DNA of 64,000 nucleotides from Steroidobacteraceae bacterium. GTDB lineage: Bacteria > Pseudomonadota > Gammaproteobacteria > Steroidobacterales > Steroidobacteraceae. The position numbers and the translations under genes are program-made. The notes under the pieces were generated by a model. It worked only from the letters and a program-made list of their open reading frames with translations, was not told the origin of the DNA and did not search any database. This document shows positions 48,057-57,659 of the stretch, in pieces (positions within the stretch are counted from its first letter, which is position 1; the number at the start of each line of letters is the position of its first letter). The DNA lies in NCBI GenBank assembly GCA_041395605.1, contig JAWLAD010000009.1, forward strand, positions 14,707-78,706, read 5' to 3'.

Positions 48057-50237
48057 ATGAAGACGCTGCATCTCGCGGCGCTGCTTGCGACCGCCGCCGT
48101 CACGCTTGCCGGCTGTGCAAGCAGCGTCTCCAACGATGCCGATATCGGCGCCACCAATCCGACCAGCGGCAACCTGAATCCCGGTGGCGGCTCGACGCCG
48201 GTCAATACCGGGTTCCGACCGCTGTTCCAGCCGGCTTTCGGCGTGTTGCCCTACCCCTACGACGCATACTTCGCCGGCAGCACCGACGGCACGCTGAACC
48301 TGCCGTCGTCGCCGTTCAGCCCGGTCACCTTCGTGCAAACCGGGCGCACTGCATCGGAACCCGCACAGAACGCCCTCGATGGCTTCTCGACCACGACGCA
48401 CCTGACCGTGCGTTTCGAGGGCGCCATCAACCTCGCCTCGGTGACACCCGCGAGCCTGGTCGTGCTGCAGGTCACGACCGACACCGCGACCAAGGGCGTG
48501 ACCGGCCTCGTGCGTCCACTCGTGCCTGGCACCGACTATGGCGTCTCGCTCGCTGCGGAGGCCGGCGCCAATGGCACGGTCCTGAACATCAACCCGCTGC
48601 GTCCGCTCGCAGCGAAGTCGAGCTACCTCGTGCTGCTGACCAGCGGCGTCACGAGCAGCGCCGGGGCCGCGGCCAGTGCCGACACCGACTTCGCGACGAT
48701 CCGTGACCAGATCATCAGCGAGTTCAGCGCGCGTCCGCCGACCGCGCCACCGGCTCCCGCGGCCTGCACGCCCGTCGCCAACGCCACGCTGCGGGCGCTG
48801 TGCCAGCTGACCAGCACGCATTTCCTGGTCGCGCGCGCGGCGGGCCTGAACCTCGCCAACATCGTGCTGTCGTTCAGCTTCTCGACGCAGGCGATCAACG
48901 ACACGCTCGCCGTGCTGTCCGCGGCGCCGCTGTCCGGCACCGACGGTGCGGTCGTGTTGCAGAACACGGGGTTGACGACCGCGCAGGTCTTGCCGGGTTC
49001 ACCCGGCCTCGCGCGCATCTATGCCGGCACGATCCGCGTGCCGTATTACCTGACGCCACCCAGCGCCGGCGCGCCGACCGCGCCGCTGACGAACTACTGG
49101 GTCGCGGCAGGCCCGCCGCTGGTGCCGACGCTGGACCAGACCAGCCGGCTGCTGACGCGCTTCAACCCGGTGCCGGCGCGCGTCGCGACGCTCGACATCC
49201 CGTTGCTGCTGACCGTGCCTGCGGTCGGTGGCCCCGGCCCGAACGGCTGGCCGATCGTGCTGTTCCAGCATGGCACGCCGCGCACGCGCGCCGACGCGCT
49301 GCTGGTCGCGGACAGCTTCGCGGCGCGCGGCCTGGCCGTCATCGCCATCGACCTGCCGCTGCATGGCATCACGCCCACCGATGCGTTCGCCGCGCTGCGC
49401 CAGGCGGGCCGCGAGCGCATCTTCGACCTCGACCTCGTCAACAACACGACGGGTGCGGCCGGCCCCGACGGCGTCATCGACGAGACCGGCACGCATTTCA
49501 TCAACCTCGCCAACCTGCTCGTCAGCCGCGACAACACGCGGCAGGCCGTCTCCGACATCGTCACGACGCTGAAGGCGATCCCGAACATCGACTTCGACGC
49601 CAACGGTTCGCCGGACTTCGACCCGAATCGGATCCACGTGGTCGGCTATTCGCTCGGTGCGATCGTCTCGACGACCGTGCTCGGCGTCACCTCGATCCCA
49701 CGTGCGTCGGGCCTGCCGATGGGCGCGGTCGGCCTGACCGAGACGCTGCGGCAGTCCGATTTCTACGGACCGCGGATCAACGCCGGCCTTGCCGCCGCCA
49801 GCGGTGGCGCGCTCGTGCCGGGCACGACGCTGTACAACAACTGGTTCCGCGATGCGCAGACGGCGGTCGATTCGGCGGACGGCATCAATTACACGGGCAC
49901 CGTCAATGCCGGTGGCCGCCCGGTGTACGTCGGCTACCTGGTCGGCGGCGCGCCCAATCCGGCCGGCGGCGTCTGGGGGCCCGATTCCACCGTGCCCAAC
50001 AGCCGCACGGAAGTGCTGACCAACCTGCTGAACCTGCCGGTACGCACGGCGGCCGGCACCGCGGCCGTCACGCTGCCCGGGGTGCAGGTACGCTTCAACC
50101 AGGGCATCCACAACGGTTATCTCGACCCGCGGCCAGCGCCGCTGATGACCGCCGAGATGCAGCGCCAGATCAGCGAATTCATCGCCAGCGATGGCACGGC
50201 GCTGACGGTCACGGACCCGACGGTGATTGCACCCTGA
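48057..50237 (+). CDS. extracellular lipase-family lipoprotein (VolA/Pla-1-like, bacterial virulence-factor lipase N-terminal region)
   Basis: ORF of 726 aa. It has a lipobox (VTLAGCAS). The N-terminal region is typical of this lipase family (DGFSTTTHLTVRFEG...). A serine-hydrolase pentapeptide GYSLG is present in HVVGYSLGAIV. Confidence 0.65.
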   Translation: MKTLHLAALLATAAVTLAGCASSVSNDADIGATNPTSGNLNPGGGSTPVNTGFRPLFQPAFGVLPYPYDAYFAGSTDGTLNLPSSPFSPVTFVQTGRTASEPAQNALDGFSTTTHLTVRFEGAINLASVTPASLVVLQVTTDTATKGVTGLVRPLVPGTDYGVSLAAEAGANGTVLNINPLRPLAAKSSYLVLLTSGVTSSAGAAASADTDFATIRDQIISEFSARPPTAPPAPAACTPVANATLRALCQLTSTHFLVARAAGLNLANIVLSFSFSTQAINDTLAVLSAAPLSGTDGAVVLQNTGLTTAQVLPGSPGLARIYAGTIRVPYYLTPPSAGAPTAPLTNYWVAAGPPLVPTLDQTSRLLTRFNPVPARVATLDIPLLLTVPAVGGPGPNGWPIVLFQHGTPRTRADALLVADSFAARGLAVIAIDLPLHGITPTDAFAALRQAGRERIFDLDLVNNTTGAAGPDGVIDETGTHFINLANLLVSRDNTRQAVSDIVTTLKAIPNIDFDANGSPDFDPNRIHVVGYSLGAIVSTTVLGVTSIPRASGLPMGAVGLTETLRQSDFYGPRINAGLAAASGGALVPGTTLYNNWFRDAQTAVDSADGINYTGTVNAGGRPVYVGYLVGGAPNPAGGVWGPDSTVPNSRTEVLTNLLNLPVRTAAGTAAVTLPGVQVRFNQGIHNGYLDPRPAPLMTAEMQRQISEFIASDGTALTVTDPTVIAP

Positions 50238-50264
50238 CCCGCTGCGCTATCATGCGACCTGACG

Positions 50265-50292
50265 GGGCGGCTGCGGCCGCCCTTGTCGTTTG
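50265..50292 (+). terminator. putative intrinsic terminator after the lipase gene
   Basis: GGGCGGC (50265-50271), loop TGCG, GCCGCCC (50276-50282), then a T-rich tail ttgtcgtttg. Confidence 0.4.
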
Positions 50293-50308
50293 CGGGGAAT
50301 GGCGCGAC

Positions 50309-51271
50309 ATGGCGAGTGACGAACAGAAGCAGGGATTCCTGACGCGACTTCGGGCCAAGGTCAACAAGCCGGGCTCGTGGCTGTCCTACGACCTCGCCAA
50401 CCTGTTCCGCGGTCGCAAGATCGACGACGCGATCCTCGAGGAACTCGAGGCCCGGCTGCTGGCCGCGGACGTCGGCGTCGAGGCGACGGAAGCGCTGCTC
50501 GAACAGCTGCGCCGTCGCGTCGCGCGCAACGAACTCGGTGACGTCGAAGCGTTGATCGGCGCGCTGCGCGATGCGATCGCCGAAATGCTCGCGCCCTGCC
50601 AGCAGCCCCTGGTGATCGACCCCGCGCACCAGCCTTTCGTCGTGCTGGTCGTCGGCGTCAACGGCTCGGGCAAGACGACCTCGATCGGCAAGCTCGCCAG
50701 GCGCCTCGCCGCCGAAGGCCGCAAGGTCATGCTGGCGGCCGGCGACACTTTCCGCGCCGCAGCCATCGAACAGCTGACGGTGTGGGCCGAACGCAGCGGC
50801 GCGGACCTGGTGGCGCAGCAATCGGGCGCCGACCCGGCGTCCGTCGCGTTCGACGCGATGCAGGCGGCGAAATCGCGCGGCTGCGACGTGCTGCTGGCCG
50901 ACACCGCGGGCCGCCTGCACAGCCAGTCGCACCTGATGGACGAACTGCGCAAGGTGCGCCGCGTGATCGCCCGCGTCGACGCGAGCGCGCCGCACGAGGT
51001 ACTGCTGGTGCTCGACGCCAACCAGGGGCAGAACGCGCTCGCGCAGGCGCTGCAGTTCCACGCGGCGATCGGGCGTCACCGGGCTCGTGCTGACGAAGCT
51101 CGACGGCACCGCCCGCGGAGGCATCGTGCTGGCGATCGCGACGAAACTGCGTTGTCGATCCGGTTCATCGGCATCGGCGAAGGTGCGGAGGACTTCGGCG
51201 AATTCGATGCGCGCGCGTTCGCCCAGGCGCTGGTCGAAGGCGCGGGCAGCGGCGATACTGCACGCGGATGA
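50309..51271 (+). CDS. ftsY: signal recognition particle receptor FtsY (short N-terminus); ~28 codons scrambled by two compensating indels
   Basis: Inner ATG of shadow-extended ORF 48800-51271 (MASDEQKQGFLTRLRAKV...). The G1 motif is VGVNGSGKTTSIGKLA, and DTAGR is present. The G4 segment VTGLVLTKLDGTARGGIVLAIATKLR is encoded in another frame (ORF 51087-...) between about 51071 and 51157. The original frame then resumes (IRFIGIGEGAEDF). Confidence 0.88.
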   Translation: MASDEQKQGFLTRLRAKVNKPGSWLSYDLANLFRGRKIDDAILEELEARLLAADVGVEATEALLEQLRRRVARNELGDVEALIGALRDAIAEMLAPCQQPLVIDPAHQPFVVLVVGVNGSGKTTSIGKLARRLAAEGRKVMLAAGDTFRAAAIEQLTVWAERSGADLVAQQSGADPASVAFDAMQAAKSRGCDVLLADTAGRLHSQSHLMDELRKVRRVIARVDASAPHEVLLVLDANQGQNALAQALQFHAAIGRHRARADEARRHRPRRHRAGDRDETALSIRFIGIGEGAEDFGEFDARAFAQALVEGAGSGDTARG

Positions 51272-51958
51272 TCAGCTTCGGCATGTCAGCAAGCGTTACC
51301 TGAATGGCCGCGAAGCGCTGAGCGAGGCTTCGCTGCGCGTCGCGCCGGGTGAGTTCGTGGTTCTGACCGCCGTTCCGGCGCCGGCAAGAGTTCCGTGCTG
51401 AAGCTGATCGCGCTGCTCGAACGGCCGACGCGTGGCGTCGTCACCGTCAACGGCCAGAACACGGGCTCCCTGCCTGACCGCCGCATCCCGGCGTTCCGCC
51501 GCCAGATCGGCGTCGTGTTCCAGGATCACAAGCTGCTGGTCGACCGGCCGGTCTACGACAACGTCGCGCTGCCGCTGATCGTCGCCGGCACGCCGCTGAA
51601 GGAAATCGACCGGCGGGTCCGCGCGTCGCTCGACCAGGTCGGATTGCTGGGCAAGGAGCGCGTACTGCCTGCCGAGCTGTCGGTCGGCGAACAGCAGCGC
51701 GTCGGGATCGCCCGGGCCGTGATTGCCAAACCTCCTTTGCTGATCGCCGATGAACCCACCGGCAATCTCGACCACGGGCTCGCGCTCGAGGTCATGCGGC
51801 TGTTCAGACGCTTCCAGGACGTCGGCGTCACGATCGTCATCGCAACCCACGACCTGCAACTGGTGCGCGAGTTCGGGCAGCGGGAGATCGTGCTCGACGC
51901 AGGGCGCGTGACAGCCAGCAATTCCATCAGCGTGCCGACGCTGCCGGAGGATGGCTGA
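51268..51958 (+). pseudogene. ftsE: cell-division ABC transporter ATP-binding protein FtsE, two frameshifts near the 5' end as sequenced
   Basis: ATG 51268 overlaps the ftsY stop (ATGA) and gives MISFG, then a stop after 11 codons. HVSKRYLNGREALSEASLRVAPGEFVVLT is in frame 2. The Walker A and the rest (GAGKSSVLKLIALLERP...LSVGEQQRVGIARA...LLIADEPTGNLD) are in frame 3 (ORF 51395-51958). Confidence 0.88.
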
Positions 51959-52884
51959 TGTCGGCCATCGGTACCTGGGGTGCACGGCATGCTCAGGCCC
52001 TGCTCGGCTCGGTCGGACGCCTGTCGCGCGCACCGCTCGCGACCGTGCTGACGGTCATGGTCGTGGGCCTCGCGCTCGCGTTGCCGCTGTCGCTGCGACT
52101 GCTGGTCGACAACACGCGCGCGGCGACCGGCGATCTGGCCAACGCCGTGGACGTGACGGTCTACTTCAAGGCCGACGTCAGCCTCGAGCGTGCGGAGCAG
52201 TTGCGCCGCAATGCGGGCAAGCGATCCGGCGTCGCCGCAGTGAGCCTGTTGCCCGCGGAGCAGGCGCTCGAGGAATTCCGCGAGTACTCGGGATTCGGCG
52301 AGGCACTCGAGGCGCTCGAGAGCAACCCGCTGCCGCACGTGCTGAACGTGCGCCCGGCACCGGACGCCAGCGCCCCGGCGCAGATCGAGCAGCTGAAGCG
52401 CTACTTCGCCGCCTGGCCTGAAGTCGACATCGTCCAGGTCGACACCGAATGGGTGCAGCGCTTCGCCGCGATCCTCGAGGTGCTGCGCCGACTGCTGCTG
52501 GTCGCGGCCATCGTGCTGGGCGTCGGAGTGCTCGCCGTGATCGGCAACACGATACGTCTCGAGATCCAGCACCGCCGCCCTGAAATCGAGGTCACCAAGC
52601 TGGTCGGCGGTTCGAACGCGTTCGTGCGTCGACCCTTCCTGTACACGGGGGCGCTGTACGGACTGGCTGGTGCGCTGCTCGCCTGGCTGCTGCTGGCCGG
52701 GGCGCTGGCGTTCCTGTCCGGCCCGGTCGATGAGCTGGCCAGGCTGTATGGCAGCCGCTTTTCGCTGCGCACGCCAGCGGCTCGCGAGGTGTTGCAGCTG
52801 CTCGGCGCCGGCACGCTGCTGGGCTGGCTGGCCGCCTGGGGTTCGACCGCGCGCCACCTCGCACGAATCCAGCCGCGCGCCTAG
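51958..52884 (+). CDS. ftsX: cell-division permease-like protein FtsX
   Basis: ORF of 308 aa. It has FtsX topology and sequence (NPLPHVLNV..., EIEVTKLVGGSNAFVRRPFLYTGALYG). Its TGATG overlaps ftsE. Confidence 0.9.
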   Translation: MSAIGTWGARHAQALLGSVGRLSRAPLATVLTVMVVGLALALPLSLRLLVDNTRAATGDLANAVDVTVYFKADVSLERAEQLRRNAGKRSGVAAVSLLPAEQALEEFREYSGFGEALEALESNPLPHVLNVRPAPDASAPAQIEQLKRYFAAWPEVDIVQVDTEWVQRFAAILEVLRRLLLVAAIVLGVGVLAVIGNTIRLEIQHRRPEIEVTKLVGGSNAFVRRPFLYTGALYGLAGALLAWLLLAGALAFLSGPVDELARLYGSRFSLRTPAAREVLQLLGAGTLLGWLAAWGSTARHLARIQPRA

Positions 52885-52937
52885 GATTAATTCATTAAAA
52901 TCAAGTATTTAGGTCTCTGGGGAACTGTGAGCTGCCT

Positions 52938-52967
52938 TTAGCACTCTAACCCCGCGAGTGCTAGAAT
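52938..52967 (+). promoter_or_regulatory. putative sigma-70 promoter upstream of rpoH, inside an AT-rich leader region (52885-53003)
   Basis: TTAGCA (52938-52943), an 18-nt spacer, then TAGAAT (52962-52967). The region 52885-52935 is strikingly AT-rich (taggattaattcattaaaatcaagtatttagg). This is pattern only. Confidence 0.35.
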
Positions 52968-53003
52968 TGTGCTCGCAGGTTCACCGCAGGAGGACCCCGG
53001 ACG

Positions 53004-53873
<870 letters not shown>

Positions 53874-53880
53874 GGCCTGT

Positions 53881-54417
53881 TCACCCTATGCCGTCGTCCG
53901 CGGCCGGCGGCGTCGTCGCGCGGACATAACCCCGCGGCCGGATGGCCACCGTGTTCAGCACTCGCGTGCAGCGGCTGCCGTCGACCAGATGAAAGCCGTA
54001 TTCGAACGTCGGCGTGCTGCGCCCGTCGCGCTCCAGGTCAGCGCGTATCTGCGCTTCCTGTGCGGGCGCGAAGTCGAACCGCAGTTCCAGATCGGTGCGG
54101 CCGCCGTGCTCGAACTCGACGCCCATCGCACGGGTCCAGACGGAGTAACCGGGAAACACGCGTGCGCAGGCCAGCGCCGCGATCGGATCCGCGAGCGCCG
54201 CCTGGAAGCCGCCGAACATCACGCCACCGGGGTTGCGCGAGATCGTGTTCAGCGGCAGCACGATCCGTACCCGGCGCCAGTCAGGCGCCAGTTCCACGAC
54301 CCGGATGCGCATCCACAGGAACGGCGGATACCACTCGAGCATGCGCGCATCCGACAGCCAGCGGCGCTCGACCAGTCGTGCCATGACTCGCTGCGAGAAT
54401 GTCGCGCGCGTCGTCAT
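53881..54417 (-). CDS. hotdog-fold thioesterase (PaaI / DUF4442-like)
   Basis: ORF 53881-54432; ATG 54417 is preferred. The segment NPGGVMFGGFQAALADPIAALA is typical of PaaI-type hotdog proteins. The family assignment is tentative. Confidence 0.5.
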   Translation of the reverse strand: MTTRATFSQRVMARLVERRWLSDARMLEWYPPFLWMRIRVVELAPDWRRVRIVLPLNTISRNPGGVMFGGFQAALADPIAALACARVFPGYSVWTRAMGVEFEHGGRTDLELRFDFAPAQEAQIRADLERDGRSTPTFEYGFHLVDGSRCTRVLNTVAIRPRGYVRATTPPAADDGIG

Positions 54418-54496
54418 GCTTGCCGGGCCCACCCGGGCCGCGTAGCGTCGTCAGCCAGGATCACGGGCCCCCGGAACATGGGGCGAAGGGTACACG

Positions 54497-54985
54497 ATGC
54501 GCAGTGTCGACCAATGGCTCGAAGACTACGGCGACAGCCACCGCCATCCCGTCAACAAGGCACTGCACTGGGTCTGCGTGCCATTGATCGTGTTGACCGT
54601 GCTCGGCCTGCTGTCGCTCCTGCCCCTGCCGTGGGTCTCGGCGCGATGGCCTTGGCTGAACGCCGGCTCGCTCGCCGCGACGCTGGCCGTGCTGTACTAC
54701 CTGCGGCTGTCGCCGCCGCTGGCGCTCGGCGTGCTGCCGCTGTTGCTGCTGGCGTTCGTCGGCATCGACGCGCTCGCCGCGTTGCCCTGGCCGCTGTGGG
54801 CGAGCTGCATCGTGATTTTCGTCGTCGCCTGGATCGGACAATTCATCGGCCACGCCGTCGAGGGACGCCGGCCGTCGTTCTTCAAGGACCTGCAGTTCCT
54901 GTTGATCGGCCCGCTGTGGCTGCTGGCGTTCGTCTATCGTGCCGCCGGCATCCGCTACTCAGGCGGTACCGCCGCGATCCGCTGA
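54497..54985 (+). CDS. DUF962 (Mpo1/YGL010w-like) membrane protein
   Basis: ORF of 162 aa. The matching sequence is YGDSHRHPVNKALHWVCVPLIV...QFIGHAVEGRRPSFFKDLQFLLIGPLW. Confidence 0.7.
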   Translation: MRSVDQWLEDYGDSHRHPVNKALHWVCVPLIVLTVLGLLSLLPLPWVSARWPWLNAGSLAATLAVLYYLRLSPPLALGVLPLLLLAFVGIDALAALPWPLWASCIVIFVVAWIGQFIGHAVEGRRPSFFKDLQFLLIGPLWLLAFVYRAAGIRYSGGTAAIR

Positions 54986-55870
54986 CGCGGCGACCTCGAA
55001 CACCCGCAGGTGCAGTGCAGCCGTGCGCTCAGGCGTGGCCGCATAGCCACCGGCCAGCGTGATCACCGTCGGCAGACCCGCGGCGCGGGTAGCGCCGAGC
55101 ACGAACCGTTCACGCGCCAGCAAGCCGGCTTCGGTCATCGCGAAACGGCCATAGCGATCTCCGGCCACGACATCCACGCCAGCCAGGTAGAACACGATGT
55201 CGGCACGCGCCGCGGCCATGACCACCGGCAGGTGCCGGTCGAGCGCCTCGTGGTAGCGCGCGTCGTCGGTACCGTCCGGCAGCGCGACATCGACGCTCGA
55301 ACGCATTTTCTGCGCCGGATAGTTGCGTTCGCCGTGCATCGAGAAGGTCAGCACCGACTCATCGCCGGCGAAGATCGCCGCGGTGCCGTTGCCCTGGTGC
55401 ACGTCGAGGTCGACGACCAGCGCGCGGGCAATGCGCCGCTCCGCCTGCAGTGCGCGGATCGCGACGGCGACATCGTTGAGCACGCAGAAGCCCTCGCCGT
55501 GATCCGCGAAGGCGTGGTGCGTGCCACCCGCGAGGTTGCCGGCGATACCGGTGGCGAGCGCGGCACGCGCCGCATCGAGCGTGCCCTGCACGGCGAGACG
55601 GGAGCGACGCCACAGCCGCGCGCTCCACGGCACGCCGATCCGCCGCTGCTCGAGCGCCGACAGCGTGCCCCGCGCCAGTGCGTCGAGGTAGGTACCGGTA
55701 TGCACGCGCGCGAGGTCCGCGAGGCTCGCCTCGTCGGGCGCCCGGGTGTTGTCGGCTCGTGCAATGCCACGCTCGACCAGCAGCCGGTGGACCAGCGTGT
55801 ACTTCGCCATCGGAAACGGATGGTGATCGGGCAGCGGCAGGCAGTAGTCGGGATGGTGGCTCAGGTGCAT
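54959..55870 (-). CDS. histone deacetylase family (Zn-dependent deacetylase) protein
   Basis: ORF of 303 aa. The matching sequence is GGTHHAFADHGEGFCVLNDVAVA...VVDLDVHQGNGTA. Its 3' end overlaps the convergent DUF962 gene by 27 nt. Confidence 0.85.
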   Translation of the reverse strand: MHLSHHPDYCLPLPDHHPFPMAKYTLVHRLLVERGIARADNTRAPDEASLADLARVHTGTYLDALARGTLSALEQRRIGVPWSARLWRRSRLAVQGTLDAARAALATGIAGNLAGGTHHAFADHGEGFCVLNDVAVAIRALQAERRIARALVVDLDVHQGNGTAAIFAGDESVLTFSMHGERNYPAQKMRSSVDVALPDGTDDARYHEALDRHLPVVMAAARADIVFYLAGVDVVAGDRYGRFAMTEAGLLARERFVLGATRAAGLPTVITLAGGYAATPERTAALHLRVFEVAASADRGGTA

Positions 55871-55911
55871 GGCAGCGCGATTGTGCGAAGATGCGCCTCG
55901 GGGGTCATTCG

Positions 55912-57638
55912 ATGAACACGGTCCGCATCACCGGCGGCATGGTAGTGAGCCGCGCGCTGTCGCGCTATGGCATCCGCACGGTCTTCGCCGTCGCCGGCGC
56001 GTCGCACACGCATCTGCTCGATGCACTCGATCGCGACGGCTTTTCGATCATCAGCAGCCGCCATGAGTCCGGCTGCGTCAGCGCCGCCGATGGTTACGCT
56101 CGCGTGACCGGTCGGCTGGGCGTCGCGCTGATCATCGCCGACCAGGGCATGCCGAACGCGATCAATGGCATCGCCGCTGCATTCCAGGCCTGCTCACCGG
56201 TACTCGTGCTGGTCGCGCGCCTGCCGAACTCCTGGACCGAGGCCGAGAGCGAATACGACAACGCCAAGCATCCGCTGGTCACCTCGATCACCAAGTCGGC
56301 GCGCAAGCGTGCCGGCGGCAGCCCGCCTCGCGGAGTTCGTCGATGCCGCCGCAAAGCGCGCACCGGCGGGGCGACGCGGGCCCTGCGTGCCGCAGATCCT
56401 GCAGGAGTACTTCGCCGAGAGAGCGCTGCGCGACTGGGGCAGCGCCAGCAGCCCGCCCTGCTCGCGGCGCGGCCCGGCGCCGACCCCGCCGCGATTGCGG
56501 AGGCGGCACGGCTGCTGGCCGCAGCCGAGCGGCCACTGCTGATCACCGGCGCCGGCGCGCCCGCTGGCGCAGCATCGCGGGAGATCGTCGAGCGTTTCGG
56601 CATCCCGGTGCCGGCAATGGGCTCGGTCGTGGCGTCGTGCCCGAGGACTGGCAGCGTTCGTTCAGCTGGCCGCTGATGCAATCGGCCGCCTGCGATGCCG
56701 ACGTGGTCTGCGTGCTGGGTGCACGGCTCAAGCAGCGGCTCGGCTACGGATTGCCACCACGCTTCGCGCCTGGGGCGAAGTTCATCCAGATCGATGTCGA
56801 GGCCGAGGAGTTGTCCCGCAACCGCCGCATCGACGTGCCGATCGCCGCCGACGCCGGACTCGCTGCCGCGCAACTGCGCGATGCGCTCGCGGCCCAGCCC
56901 GCTGTCCGCCGCGAACGCGCCGCCTGGGTACTCGACCGCCTGCAGCCGAGATTGCGGTATCTGGACAACGTCGAACAGGCACCGGCCGAGCCCCTGCACC
57001 CGCTCGCGCTGGGACGCGCGCTCGCACGCCGGATCGATCCGGACGCGATCCTGGTCGGCGATGGCGCCGACGTGCAGAACTGGATGTACGGCGCGTTGCG
57101 CGTGCAGCGCGCACCGGGCTTCCTGGATCACTACCCGATGGGTGCCATGGGCATCGGCACGCCGCTCGCTGTCGGTGCTGCCGCGGCCGCGCGCGAGCTC
57201 GCACGCCTCGACGGCAGCGAACCGCGCCGCGTGCTGCTGACGACTGGCGATGGTTCGTTTGGCTTCCATCCCGCCGAACTGCATGCCGCGGCGCAGGCCG
57301 GGCTGCCGCTCGTCTGCGTGATCGGCAATGACGGCGCCTGGGGCACCGAACTGCATGGCCAGCTCGGCGCGATCGGTCGCGGCATCAACACCGAGCTCGG
57401 GATGCTGCGCTACGAGCTGGTCGGCATCGGCTTCGGCTGCCACGGCGAGTTCGTCGAACAGCCCTCGCAGCTCGACGCGGCGCTGGATCGCGCCTTTGCG
57501 TATCGCGGCCCGTCGGTGGTCAATGTCGTGATCGACCGGGCTGCGGGTGCCGCACTCAAGTCAGAACCGCTCGCGCGCATGATCCTGTTCGACGACCTCG
57601 CGACCAGCCTCGAGACGCAGCACCACTTCAGCGCCTGA
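55912..57638 (+). pseudogene. thiamine-diphosphate-dependent enzyme (acetolactate-synthase-like), at least three frameshifts in the central domain as sequenced
   Basis: The N-terminal Pyr domain is intact (MNTVRITGGMVVSRALSRYGIRTVFAVAGASHTHLLDAL...). The C-terminal PP domain is intact in ORF 56343-57638 (TTGDGSFGFHPAELHAAAQAGLPLVCVIGNDGAWG). The central domain pieces (ARLAEFVDAAAKRA..., AIAEAARLLAAAERPLLITGAG...) alternate between frames near 56300-56320, 56440-56460 and 56605-56615. Confidence 0.8.
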
Positions 57639-57659
57639 CGGCGCGCCCCGGGACCCCGC

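Noticed and set aside
51060-51380. Programmed ribosomal frameshifting in ftsY/ftsE and the other split genes
   Set aside because: There are no slippery heptamers or stimulatory structures at the switch points. The shifts occur in both directions and within conserved catalytic motifs, and none of these gene families is known to use recoding.
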